Below, piece after piece: positions 40,458-51,454 of a stretch of DNA of 64,000 nt. Location: positions 105,712-169,711 of the forward strand of contig RHPI01002048.1 in the NCBI GenBank assembly GCA_009103225.1. The letters are read 5' to 3'. Positions within the stretch are counted from its first letter, which is position 1. Every line of letters starts with the position of its first letter. A program made the translations under genes and the position numbers. Source of the stretch: Chlorokybus atmophyticus (Eukaryota > Plantae > Mesostigma and Chlorokybus algae). The notes beneath the pieces were generated by a model. It was not told the origin of the DNA, did not search any database, and was given only the letters and a program-made list of their open reading frames with translations.

Positions 40458-41535
40458 TGGGACCTAAATGGCCACAAAACACACTTCGTGCTTTTGTGGC
40501 CTAGTGGTCTGTTACACCAGGTGGCCACTTGAGTAGTGGAATTTCACGTATTCCGGCGACAACAAAGTGTCACCGTGTTGGAACTATCTGGAGGAATAGG
40601 TAGTGGCCTCGCCGCTGTCCTCAACACCGGCGCGACGGTCACCAAGTACTTCTACTGTGACCCTGATCTCCATGCACAGATTGCCCTGGGCCACCACCTG
40701 CGCCACCTACACAAATGCTACCCGCAGCGACTGCCGCTATCGGCACTGCAAGGCAGTCTGAAGGCACTGCCACATGCCATCCGTTTAATTACTGCGGATC
40801 ACCTCCTAGCGGTGGGCAACATCGACCTGCTGATAGCAGGATGGGAGTGTCAAGCACATCCAGAGCAGGCAGCGACCAAAGACTCGCTGATCCTCGCTCA
40901 CAACTGTTCTGGGAACTGATGCGTGTCATTAAGATCCTGCAGAGCAGCCAGCTGTCCAGGCCTACAGGATACATCATCGAGAATGTGCACTTCGAGGACG
41001 ATAAGCGCCATCACGTGGCCAACAGCTTCCGACAGGTGTGTTCTTTATTAGGGCATCCTCTCAGAATTAATGCAGCGCGGCATGGCTCCCGGGCTCAGCG
41101 CGTTCGCGCCAAGTGGACCAACCTGGCAATAGTTGAAGATCTCTTTGCTGCTGAATATCTGCACAGCAGTAGTCCACGCGATCTGACCGTTGACACTATC
41201 CTGGATTCTGGGCGCACAGCACAACCTGTCACCCAACACAATCACCAGCACTTCTACCCGTGCAACCAGCCTGGTCAACTACGTCGTGCGCTCCCCACTC
41301 TGATGTCTTACCCGGGTTCATACGCCTTCCGCAACCACGGCTCAGGCATGGTGTTGGATTCCAACACAGGCTAGCTAGAGGAACCCAACGCGCGTGAGCG
41401 CGAACGCGCCATGGGCTTCTCTCAAGGCAGCATCACAGGTTCCACGCTGACCAACAGTCAGCAATGCCAACTATCGGGACGCGCCATGGATCAGAACAGC
41501 ATGGTATGGTTACTGGAAATGTGCTTTGCTCTTCA
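40458..41535 (+). pseudogene. C5-cytosine DNA methyltransferase domain inside retrotransposon pol
   Basis: Motif I VLELSGGIG; IDLLIAGWECQ (motif IV, Cys retained); after a 1-nt frameshift near 40856, SRAG...DPRSQLFWE; motif VI GYIIENV; motif VIII HGSRAQRVRAKWTN; ALPTLMSYP; EEPNARERERAMGF; motif X GRAMD. Intronless and runs into RT in frame after a TAG at 41372. Confidence 0.92.
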
Positions 41536-41789
41536 AAACCGCCATGTGTCCTTTCAGGAGCTCGGATACCTGGCAGCGGGGTGGGCAGATCGCGTGCAAG
41601 AGACCAAAGCGGCACACACCGCCCTCGAAATCGCCCATATGGAGGAGCAGGCAGCAGTCACTGTGAATAACATCCCAGTGATCGCCAACGCCACCTCTTG
41701 GTCCCATGCCATAAGACCACTGACTACAAGCCAAACGCGAGAACAACTGGAGGCTTTCCTCAACAAGTGGAGAAGTCAGTTCAATTTCA

Positions 41790-44448
41790 GCGTACTGGGG
41801 GTTTGCTCAGTCTACCAAATGGACATCAAGTTGGTGGACACCGAACCGGTGTTTCGACAACAGTACCGACTCTCCAAGTTGGAAGAAGACTTGGTGGAGC
41901 AGAGGTGCAAGGCTCTGCTAGATGCAGGCCTGATCGAGGAGTCCACATCGGACTTTGCGGCCGCGACCGTCATGCCCCTGGAATAGGATTTAGCAAGCAA
42001 CTGGACAGACTGGGGCATGTGCGGCGACTATCGCCCCCTCAACAACAAGACCAAACAAGACAAATATCCAATGCCTACTGCAGAAGGTATCTTTGATGAT
42101 GTAGGAGACCGCACCGTTTTTAGCATCCTGGATATGCGACAAGGGTACAACCAGACCGTCCATCAAGGAGGAGGACAAGCACAAGACCTCTTTCTGGGGC
42201 AACCGGCAGGTGTACCAGTGGAAGGTCATGCCCTTCGGACTAACGAACGCTCCTGCCAAGTTCCAGCGCGTCATGAACAAAGCCTTGAAGGCGCTGGACG
42301 TCGCGCGATGCTACGTTGACGACATTCTCATCTTCAGTCGCAATAACGACGAGCACCTGCAGCACATCGAGGAAGTGCTTGAAAGACTCAAGGAGGTGGG
42401 GATGACAGTGCACCCCGACAAGTGCACTTTCTTCACTCGCAAGGTACCCTACCTAGGGCACATGATTGTGCCCCACGGTGTGTACGTATAGCAGGCATTG
42501 GTGGAGGCTTTGGCGGCTATCCCTGCTCCCACAGACCTTACCCGTCTGCGTGCTTTTCTGGGCCATGCCAACTACGCTCGCTGGTTCGTGAAGGACTCCG
42601 CAAAGATCGCGCGACCCCTCAACGAGCTTCTGGAGAAGGAGGTGGAGTTTGCCTGGAAGGAGCCACAACAGCAGGCGTTTGAGGAGCTAAAGGGCAGGCT
42701 CACCGCCGCTCCCATCCTGCAACGTCCTGACTACAACAAGCCCTTCATCCTCCACACCGACTGGAGCAAGCTTGGGATGGGGGCTGTGCTGGTACAGCAC
42801 GATGAAAACAAGAAGGAGCGGGTGGTGTCGTACGCCAGCCGAAGCAACAACAGCGCTGAGGCCGATTACAGCAGCTACGAGGGGGAGTGCCTCGCTGCAG
42901 CATGGGCTATCTTCTTCTTCAGACCTTTCCTCTTTGGTCAACAATTCCAACTGGGTACCGACCATCAGCCACTCAAGTGGTTGATGACCAACTAACATCT
43001 AATAGGGAAATTTGCTCGCTGGGCCCCGTTGCTGCAGGAGTATGACTTCGAGATCGACCACCGCGCAGGCCTCACCAACCAGGACACTGATGGCCTCAAT
43101 CGCAACCCTCGCCGCAGTACCAACAATGCAACCGGAGCTCGGCACGAGCTCGGCCCCGCAGCAGCAGCTCCCACCATGGCGGCCATGTTTGCTGTGACCG
43201 CGTTACAATCAGGGCGCCAGATCAACACCACCTCAACGACAGAGGAGATTCTTGCCCTTGAGTCTACCGACCCCACAGTGACCACACCCCTAGGGGACGT
43301 CCACGCGGTCGCTATCGATGTCGACGACACCGAGCTGGCACCCACCGACACCAGGCAGGACATATGGCTGGACAAGCCATCACTCTCTTTCCTGCAAAGT
43401 GGCCGGTTTCCCTCCAACATGAGTGCACGAGAGAAAGATCGTGTCAGTCAACGCACCCGCCACTGTTGGTGGGCGGATGACAAGGTGTGCCGCCGCGTTA
43501 TGGACAAGGACAAGGAGGTGCCAACACCAGCCACACGCGAGGGCAGCATCGCTGCCCTCCACACTGAGCTTGGACACTTCGGTGTCAAGCGTACCGTCAG
43601 CCTGGTAAAGGCGCAATATTGGTGGTATGGGCTGTCTAAACAGGTGCAGGGGTTTGTCAGTCGTTGCCAGCAGTGCGACATGGTACGCGCCAGCCTTAAT
43701 ACACGTTCTATTGCCGAGGACTCGACATCTTCGGAGACTTGGCAGCCTCGGCACGGGGCAACCGCTACATCCTGGTCATGATCGAGCACTTCTCCAAATG
43801 GGTGGAGCTGGTGCCATTACCCGACAAGAGCAGCAGAGGGGTGTCTCGAGCCTTCCGCTCCCATGTCCTCAGCCGGTTTGGCAGCTGCGCTGAGGTCATC
43901 ACCGACCAGGGCACTGAATTCAGAAGGGAGTTCGATTCCCTTCTAAACAGATGCTACATCAATCATCACCGCACTTCGCGTGACCACCCTCAAGCCAACG
44001 GTCTCGCCAAGCGGACAGTACAGACTATCAAGAAGACACTCCGCAAGTACGTGCTGGAGTATGAGAGGTGGCTCTTGGATACCGACTGTTAAAGCAGGCG
44101 GCTTTGCGCGAGTACAACCCATACTACCTGCTCTTCGGGCGTCCGCCATTGCTTCTTCTTCTTGCACAGCAGGAAGCAGACCGTGTGGTGAACAACCTCG
44201 ACGATCCCGACAGGATGCACCACAACATTACCACACGCGCCACGCTGTTCGAGCAAACCGTCCTGATGGCCTTCAACAACCTGCGCATCGCACAGCACCG
44301 CGACACCCTGCGCTGCAAGCGCGTGCGGAGCGGCTTCTACAAGGAGCGTCAACGGCGGTTTCAAGCAGGGGCCTTTGCCTACCGCATGGCAGCCACCAAA
44401 GACACGCTCGACACTTCGGTGCGCCGCACCGTCTACAAGGTACTTTAG
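41790..44448 (+). pseudogene. RT-RNase H-integrase of the DNMT-gypsy element
   Basis: MCGDYRPLN, LDMRQGYNQ, MPFGLTNAP, YVDD, FLGHANY, TDWS, YEGECLA, TDHQPL, HTELGHFG..WW..C..C, TDQGTEF and QANGLAKR (catalytic E to K). Stops, frameshifts and a deletion near 43710. Confidence 0.92.
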
Positions 44449-44592
44449 GTGTACCCCACTGGAGTGCTGGATCTTCTTGGTCAGAATGGCGAGAGGTTGA
44501 AAGACAACATGGTGAACTGCGCGCCATGTCACCTCCCTTACATAGCAGGCTTCGCGCGCATCCAGCACCCTCGCCCCGCCCGCAGCACACGC

Positions 44593-44727
44593 TGTGAACG
44601 CTGCGGCAGTGCCGGCGACGACGCAGTCATGATGCTCTGCGATGGTTGCAACAAGGGCCTGCATTGCTACTGTCTGGAGTCCCCATTGGACGCAACACCC
44701 ATGGAGGAGTACTGGTGCGACAATTGC
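44593..44727 (+). CDS. PHD finger at the integrase C-terminus (part of pol)
   Basis: CERCGSAGDDAVMMLCDGCNKGLHCYCLESPLDATPMEEYWCDNC has an intact C4HC3 pattern with the conserved W. Confidence 0.9.
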
Positions 44728-44806
44728 CGCACCAACAGTCCTTCTCACCTGCGTTAACAGCTGAGCTCTGGAGCTAGAACCTCCCCAGAAGCTCGGAGGG
44801 GTGGCT

Positions 44807-46564
44807 TGTTGACTGTGTGTCCTACAGCACAGCATGTACACTAAGGAGGACACCGCCTCCACATGTCCGTGTGACTCAGCACCGGTAGAAATGGATTTCG
44901 GCAAATCAGGTTGGATCCGCAACTTTGTAATGGACGAAGCCGGACATTATTTGCGGATTTCGCAAAGTTTATAACGGATCCGTATATATGTTGTAGCTGC
45001 AGCCAGAATTTTATTGCGACCGGTCACAAACGGCAATCCGCCGGTGATGATCGTAAGTACCGGATCCCCAACAATGTTAAGGATGCGGTGTTTACGTAAT
45101 CAAGGGTTCAGGCCGTGAGAAAGACTTGTACAAGTCGCAATTACAATTGTGACCAATTCGTTAACAGTGCGTCTTTACTCCCGAACGCAATTGAGGACTC
45201 GACGATAATATTATAATGCATTCAGGTTGCATGCTAAAGCTGTACACATCATCATTGAAATCGTGACCGGCTCCATCAATGATACGAGACTTTATACTTA
45301 ACAACGCGAAACGCTAAGATCGAGCCTTCCATTGATATAAACCATATTAATGTTACGACCACATCATTGCCAAATTGTCAGTTCAACCCCGCGGCCTGCT
45401 AGTAGCAGGCCGCGGGGCAAGCAAGTAGAAGGCTGCGACTTGCATGTATAATTATTGGTAAACCGTGGTAGCACATGAGGTAAACATGTAAAGACTTGAC
45501 TAGAACTCCGCAACCAACCTTGCGCCAGCAGGTGACGCAGGGCGCATAATGCAAACATTTGCCGGTCTTCCGCGCTGTGATTGGACAAAACGGCAAGTCG
45601 AACAAAGTCTCCCTCCCCAAGTCACCTTTATAGTGGTACAGTCCACCTTTATCTTTTTGATACCAGTGGTATATATATGTAAATACCGCGGTGTATATAT
45701 GTATATACAAAAATATATATATATGTACGACTATATATGTATATGTATAAAAACATATATTTGTATATGTATATATATATACATATATATATGTATATAT
45801 ACATGTATATATACATATATATATGTATATATGCATATACCGGTAGTGCCGTTGTATGCAGCTGTTGGTGCATGCGTGATGCATGCATTGCGGCATGTGA
45901 GACAATTTGAGGCAACAGGTAGAGGTTGTATGCTTTACCAATGCGATAATGGGCGTCTCGTGTCGTCGTAGTCTAGTTGGTCGGTTGTTAGGTCGTATGA
46001 TGTTGCTTAATCCAACAGGTGCTGCCGCGCAGGTTCGAAACTCGATGGAGACACGAAAATCCTTATGCTGTGGCTCTTTGGGTTTTTCGCCGCGAACTGC
46101 GGCCATAACATTTCTGGTTAGATTACGCATCAAGATTAATCTCCTTGATACATGATCCAACCAAAAAATGGTTTATGATGTGACTATAATTAAGTTCAAA
46201 AAAAGACGGATACCGAACTTAATGCACACCAGCTAATTGACCTTAATAGCAGCTCGATATCAAACAAAGTTGTGGCTGCAGCCGCAAAGAGTGCAAAAAT
46301 GGATATGTTGCTTGCATATGGATCTCTAAGTAAGTTATAGCTGAATCTCCAATTAATTTGTGGGCAAGGCCGAACTGTTGGGGGGCCATTTTTACAAGTG
46401 CAGCGGCAGTGGAGCAGCTCCAGCAAGCACTCCTTGCCATACGAGCTGGGTTATCTTTTACTGTTGCTATACGTTATAACATGTTGCAGCGACAGGGTTA
46501 GCAAGCCTGTCTCTTCCTGTAGCGGCCCGAGACAGTGTGACCCTCGACTCCCCTCAACCCGACA
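44807..46564 (+). repeat. 3' LTR of the DNMT-gypsy element, split into 44807-44879 and 46401-46564
   Basis: The two halves match the uninterrupted copy at 47163-47400. TG...CA ends, preceded by a PPT. Confidence 0.85.
44880..46400. mobile_element. CACTA/CMC-like DNA transposon (1,521 bp) inserted in the LTR
   Basis: Imperfect TIRs CACCGGTAGAAATGG and CACTTGTAAAAATGG (12/15), with 3-bp TSD CAG at 44877-44879 and 46401-46403. Contains an internal (TA)-rich tract at 45665-45838. Confidence 0.75.
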
Positions 46565-47162
46565 GCTGCCATGCCTAGTGCCTACACATACCAGCCTTCA
46601 TTGGGCATGTCTACATCGAAACCGTCGCCCGGCCTACCAGCATACCAACGCGCGCGCGTCCCTGACCAGTAGCTAGGTCATGACTTCAGGGTAGCTCACG
46701 ACTATAGCCTACATAGGCACCGCGCGTAGCTGTTCAGTTGTGAGTTCAGTTATAAGTAGTGTTCTATATTGAAAGACAATCGATGTGGAAAAAGCCTCGA
46801 TATGACCGTTAGCGTATGTTCTAAACAGTCATAATTTGACTTGTATAAGTGGTCACAGTGTTCACCGGATCAGCTGGTGACACTGTGAGTGAAAAAGCTA
46901 AGAGCTTGTGAAACGACTTGAACTGCGAACACGCCATCCCGGTTACCAAGAACCCCCTCACTGTGTGAGAGCCTGTGCATGCTCGTGTGTGCATCATGAT
47001 TGTCATCGCTGTGAGCTTGATGTGCCTGGTTGCAGTGTGTTTGTTGGCATCAGTCAGGGCATAGTATCCACGTGTTGCTTGCTCATTCACCTCGCTTAAC
47101 AGTGTAACACAATTTTTGCTCATGCAAAGAACTGTGTAAACGGCACTACCTATAAAGTGGCT

Positions 47163-47400
47163 TGTTGACTGTGTGTCCTACAGCACAGCATGTACACTAA
47201 GGAGGACACCGCCTCCACATGTCCGTGTGACTCTCTCTGCGGCAGCGGAGCAGCTCCACCAAGCACTCCTCGCCATACAAGATGGGTTATCTTTTACTGT
47301 TGCTACATGTTATAACATGTTGCAGTAATAGGGCTAGCAAGCCTGTCTCTTCCTGTAGCGACCCGAGACAGTGTGACCTTCGACTCCCCTCGACCCGACA
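47163..47400 (+). repeat. Second, uninterrupted 238-bp LTR copy preceded by a PPT remnant
   Basis: The first 71 nt are identical to 44807-44877 and the rest matches 46403-46564. GTGGCT precedes both LTRs. Confidence 0.85.
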
Positions 47401-47959
47401 TTTGAAACACCGTCTGTGGTAGCTACCCCATCAGCACGCTGCTCGCAAGCGGGCAAGGCGGTTGGTCTGCTATACCTGTCCGCTAGCGCGAAGAAGACAT
47501 CGTGACAATTAACGCGCCACAGCAGATGTACGCGGACTATGGCCTCCCAAACATCAGGGGCGGGATTCTGCATGGCAAACAGCGCTGGAAGTGCCATGGA
47601 TGACCTCAGCCGTACCCATAGCGAATGCAGTTCCTCTAGCATAGGACGTCTCATACTTGATACCATGGATATGCGCTGTGACTACCCTCCTGTATCATCG
47701 AACTATGAGGCTCGGGTGTGGTGCACAGTCGTGAGGCTTAATGCCACACTTTCAACTGATTGTTTCATGTTGCATTCACCATCCGATTGTAAAAACAGTG
47801 GTGCAATGATAGCTGCCCATTAATGTACACGCCCACATGCAAAAGTTTTTAACATTCCATTAGCAATGCCTAACTGATTGCTATGCTCCTAATTCATAGT
47901 AGTGAGACGAGTACACGTGGTACGTGGCAGTGCAGTGATTGTTTACCCATCACTCGCCC

Positions 47960-49361
47960 TCTTGTACACGAACGCTGTCTTTACTCAACATGGGAGCAGT
48001 TGTACAATGCCTTTCACTTGCTTTGGAGTCATAGCATTGAGATGTGGACCCCCTCGACGCTCTTCCCATTCCAGAGCGATGCACTTTGTGCGCTTTGAAC
48101 GTCCAGCTTCATGAACTAGCGGATAAACACAACCTCCTTCCACACGCGCTCGCCGTTACCACCCCACACTACCACGCGCAAGAAAAGGAGTGCCCGAGCC
48201 CACCACATCATGTTCACGCTGTTCTCATCACCTTTCCAACTCAAGGGTAGACAACCAAGGCCGCCAATAAAACATCCCAGTTACGCGCGCCATGTGGACT
48301 TTTTATGTTATGTACACCGCTGCGCCAACGTTCACCACACGAACAGCACGCCACCCGTCGGCCAACACCAGTTGTTCTCTCTTCAACCAATTGTTCAGGG
48401 TGGCAAGCAGCTTGTTGAAGAATGGAGTTTTTAAGGCGACTTGGCGGCTACGCGCAGAACCGCTTCAGTACGGGCTAGACTCCCTCCTCGTAAGCGCATC
48501 CATCCGTAGCAGCTTAGCCATCTTTTCCATTACAGCACTGCTGCTGCCGCGCCTGCGCCATGCCCTACCGCATTTTTGGATCCACGACCGCTCCATCCTC
48601 TTTCACGTATTTCGCACAGCTCCAAGCCTTTGGATGCGCGCCTGATAGTCCCGTTGTTGACGCCACCCGCCCACTGTTTGTGAATACCTTGAGCGTGCGT
48701 CTACTACCATGCTGCCATGCGGTTGGCGCTGAACTAATCTAGGTGTCCCGCTGCTGTTGCCGACCCGTGAGCTGATGCAACTTTTCAATCTTCTAGCCTA
48801 ACTTTTGTGTCGAATATGACGACAATAGCGGATGTAACAGTGCACATTTAAAGGCAGCCAGCTCGTATCGGCTGTGGTAAGGGTCTCTTGTGTGTTCGTG
48901 CGCCTTGAGCGACTTTGTATTCCATGGGCCAACAACGCGGCAGCAATTGTAATGTAAATGTTGCCGTCACTGTCGAGCAGCAAACCGTTTGCAAGAATCG
49001 GCAGCAGCTGCAGCACCGCCACTTTCTCCACCACCTGAAGAGAGTGGTCGGACATGAAGGAATCTACTGTGCTTATTGATGCCTTGCAGTGCGAAACTTG
49101 TAAAGTAGCCTTGCAAGCATTTATCGTATGCACATCCGCAAGTGAGCACGTGTCGTTGCTTTTTGTGTTAAAGATAAAGGCAACACCAAAGACGTACATG
49201 GCTTGCAAAATCTGTCTCGTGGATGGAAGCTTGCGTTCCTTTGCAGCATCGTACACAGTAGCAAGCAGGTGGTCAATGATGCCTCCCAGACACACATTGC
49301 GTAAGGGGCAAGGCGTGAGTAGCAGTACATACATGGTCGATACATGTTTGCTCAAGTGCAT
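47960..49361 (-). pseudogene. Decayed Plavaka/CMC-like DNA transposase
   Basis: Across frames: (W)KIEKLHQL...GHLD*FSA..W*.THAQGIHKQW..VN (K.H..H..G...E..H..K..N motif), and a C-terminal GMFYWRPW...WWARALLFL...VVFIR*F...CIALEW...VKGIVQLLP pattern typical of Plavaka-type C-termini. Confidence 0.5.
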
Positions 49362-49616
49362 GGACTTTGGTCCATTTTTACACGAATAGTTTGGACCACA
49401 TATGGCCCATACAACTTTTTGGAATTGCGCACCATATATGTATGGTGCAACCCCAAAATAACCTGGGATTGTTTACGTGAGGTTTGGACAATACATGGTC
49501 CGACTGTCATTTACGGCTGAACCATATGTGGTCCACCAATTTCACTTATCAGGGGGAAGTCCCGGTTCAGCGGTACGAACCATTCATGTTCGGGTGATGT
49601 CAATTCGTATGGCACA
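49345..49616. repeat. Second GGACCA/TGGTCC palindromic array adjoining the transposase 5' end
   Basis: Colinear with the reverse complement of 4783-5030 (roughly 70% by eye). Confidence 0.8.
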
Positions 49617-51275
49617 CACATGATGTTTAAGGCCACTTAGGCCTTATCATTATGCGCTATCATTATTCATCATAGATTACGACCAATGATACGACACCAA
49701 CCTCGCATTGTGAAAATCGTCATGCTTCCTTGATAGGCGGTGGGGCTTTGCAAAAGGGGAGGTGTGTACAAGTGTATACGGCAATCCGTCATATGCATGT
49801 ACAATAAAATCTTTAACAATGCCAATATGATTGCATAGAGGCCATGATGGAGCGGCAAAGCATCCGCTCTTTGAACTTGGAAGGGGGGTGGTGGTGGTAA
49901 AACATGCAAATAAGCCGATGCGCTCGTATTACGAGTGCCGTAGCAACATCTGTTGCAATAGGTGTTAGCTAATTACAATTTGTCTAAAAAGTTATCAAGA
50001 TTAATGTGCTTGAAAGAAATTTAAACAGCCGTATCTGTTACTTGCTTTTGATTATTTGACAGCTAGGCAAGCATATGCAATGTCATGTTGGCTACCCGCA
50101 TCTATCAATGTGCCGTAAAATCTTTGTATTTCGTGTTAGCTTCGAGATTGATGTCAATTTCGTTGGTATCCCGTGTAGCTATGCATTTATATACACTAAC
50201 TAGGATGCATACAATTGGCCGTCGGGTCGGTGATTTTCGTCTATGTGTGCTCAACGAAGTTGTCGCGGCACTACGGTATTGTTGCATGTGTTCTTGACTT
50301 GGCATCTGGCATGCTTGAATTTCATGCAATGTCTGCAACAAGGTGAGCTTGGGTGACCTGTAAAGCACGACGGTTTTGCCATTTGCGGAACATGCGTGAC
50401 AACTTTTCGGCTTTCACGCTTGCTATGAAGTGTCGCGTAGGTCGCGCAGATCCTGAACCAGATCCTGAACCAGATTCCGGGGCTGAGCGTACGGCAGCTG
50501 GTGCACTGATAACGACAACTACCGCGGCAGCCGTACTGCCTATGCCACGTGTCCGCCTGTGACAGTCTGTTCGGCAACATCATGCGACGCGCCAGAAAAA
50601 GTGCAGTGCTGCCACACAGCACCGGCATCTACCGGACAACAACCTGTGGGCCGGTCTGACATTTGTACTTCGATGCATCAACAGCAATCAATATGCACTC
50701 GATTGACTAGATACTTACAACCATGCTCATGCATGCCACCGCTGCGGCGCCGCACTCTTCGGGCCGCATTGCTGGAATGCGTCACACCTGACATTTCATA
50801 ACTGCCAACGCCCCTTCAGCGGACACCTCATCTCGCTTCGCTGACAATTGAATGCATGGATCTTTGTACGGTTGCGCATGGCAATGATGGCGGAAACGAC
50901 GACGGTTCGCGGCGCGGCACACTAGGGTACGATATCTCGGTCTTTTGTTGAACGCACACTTGTGCAGGCGGTTGAACGCTGCCCGGCTGCTGCAGGCATT
51001 CAGCAACCCGCAGCGCGCGTCGCGGCTCAGCACCTTAGAGAATTGCCACGTGAGACGCCGACTGTGTTGCTTCGCTTCCCGCAGCAAAAGTTTCAAAAGC
51101 CAAATCTTCGCTAAATCTTCCTGCCTGCGGACAGGGGATCCGAGGTTAAACAGCGGGAAAACCTTGACCGAGAACGGCCGATGGGGCGTGCAGCGCGGCT
51201 GAGTAACCGCGAACCCCTTCCTCATCGACCGAGTTGTGACGTCAACCGAAGTGTCTAGGTCTGACCGGACCGCAG

Positions 51276-51284
51276 TTAGGGTTT
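51276..51284 (-). promoter_or_regulatory. Telo-box (AAACCCTAA) upstream of the CCCH gene
   Basis: TTAGGGTTT lies ~170 bp before the ATG at 51455. Confidence 0.3.
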
Positions 51285-51454
51285 CCAAGCCGCCAGCAGT
51301 AACTGTAGTCGAGTCGCCGTGGCGGCGGCAGGGGTGCAGAAGGAGGCGGCGGCGGCGGCAGGGTTGGGGAGGTGCAGCAGGAGGCGGAGGATGTCGGCGG
51401 CGATCCGTAGCAGTAGAAGTGGGTTGGGGGTTGCGTGGCGCGTGTGGCGTTGAC

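Noticed and set aside
40458-41535. Host DNMT3/DRM gene
   Set aside because: Intronless in an intron-rich genome, lacks PWWP/UBA domains and is continuous with RT, so it belongs to the element.
47880-48110. WTFKAHKVH...ASERH as a transposase catalytic motif
   Set aside because: The other two frames give a longer, positionally consistent C-terminal match, so this is treated as coincidence.
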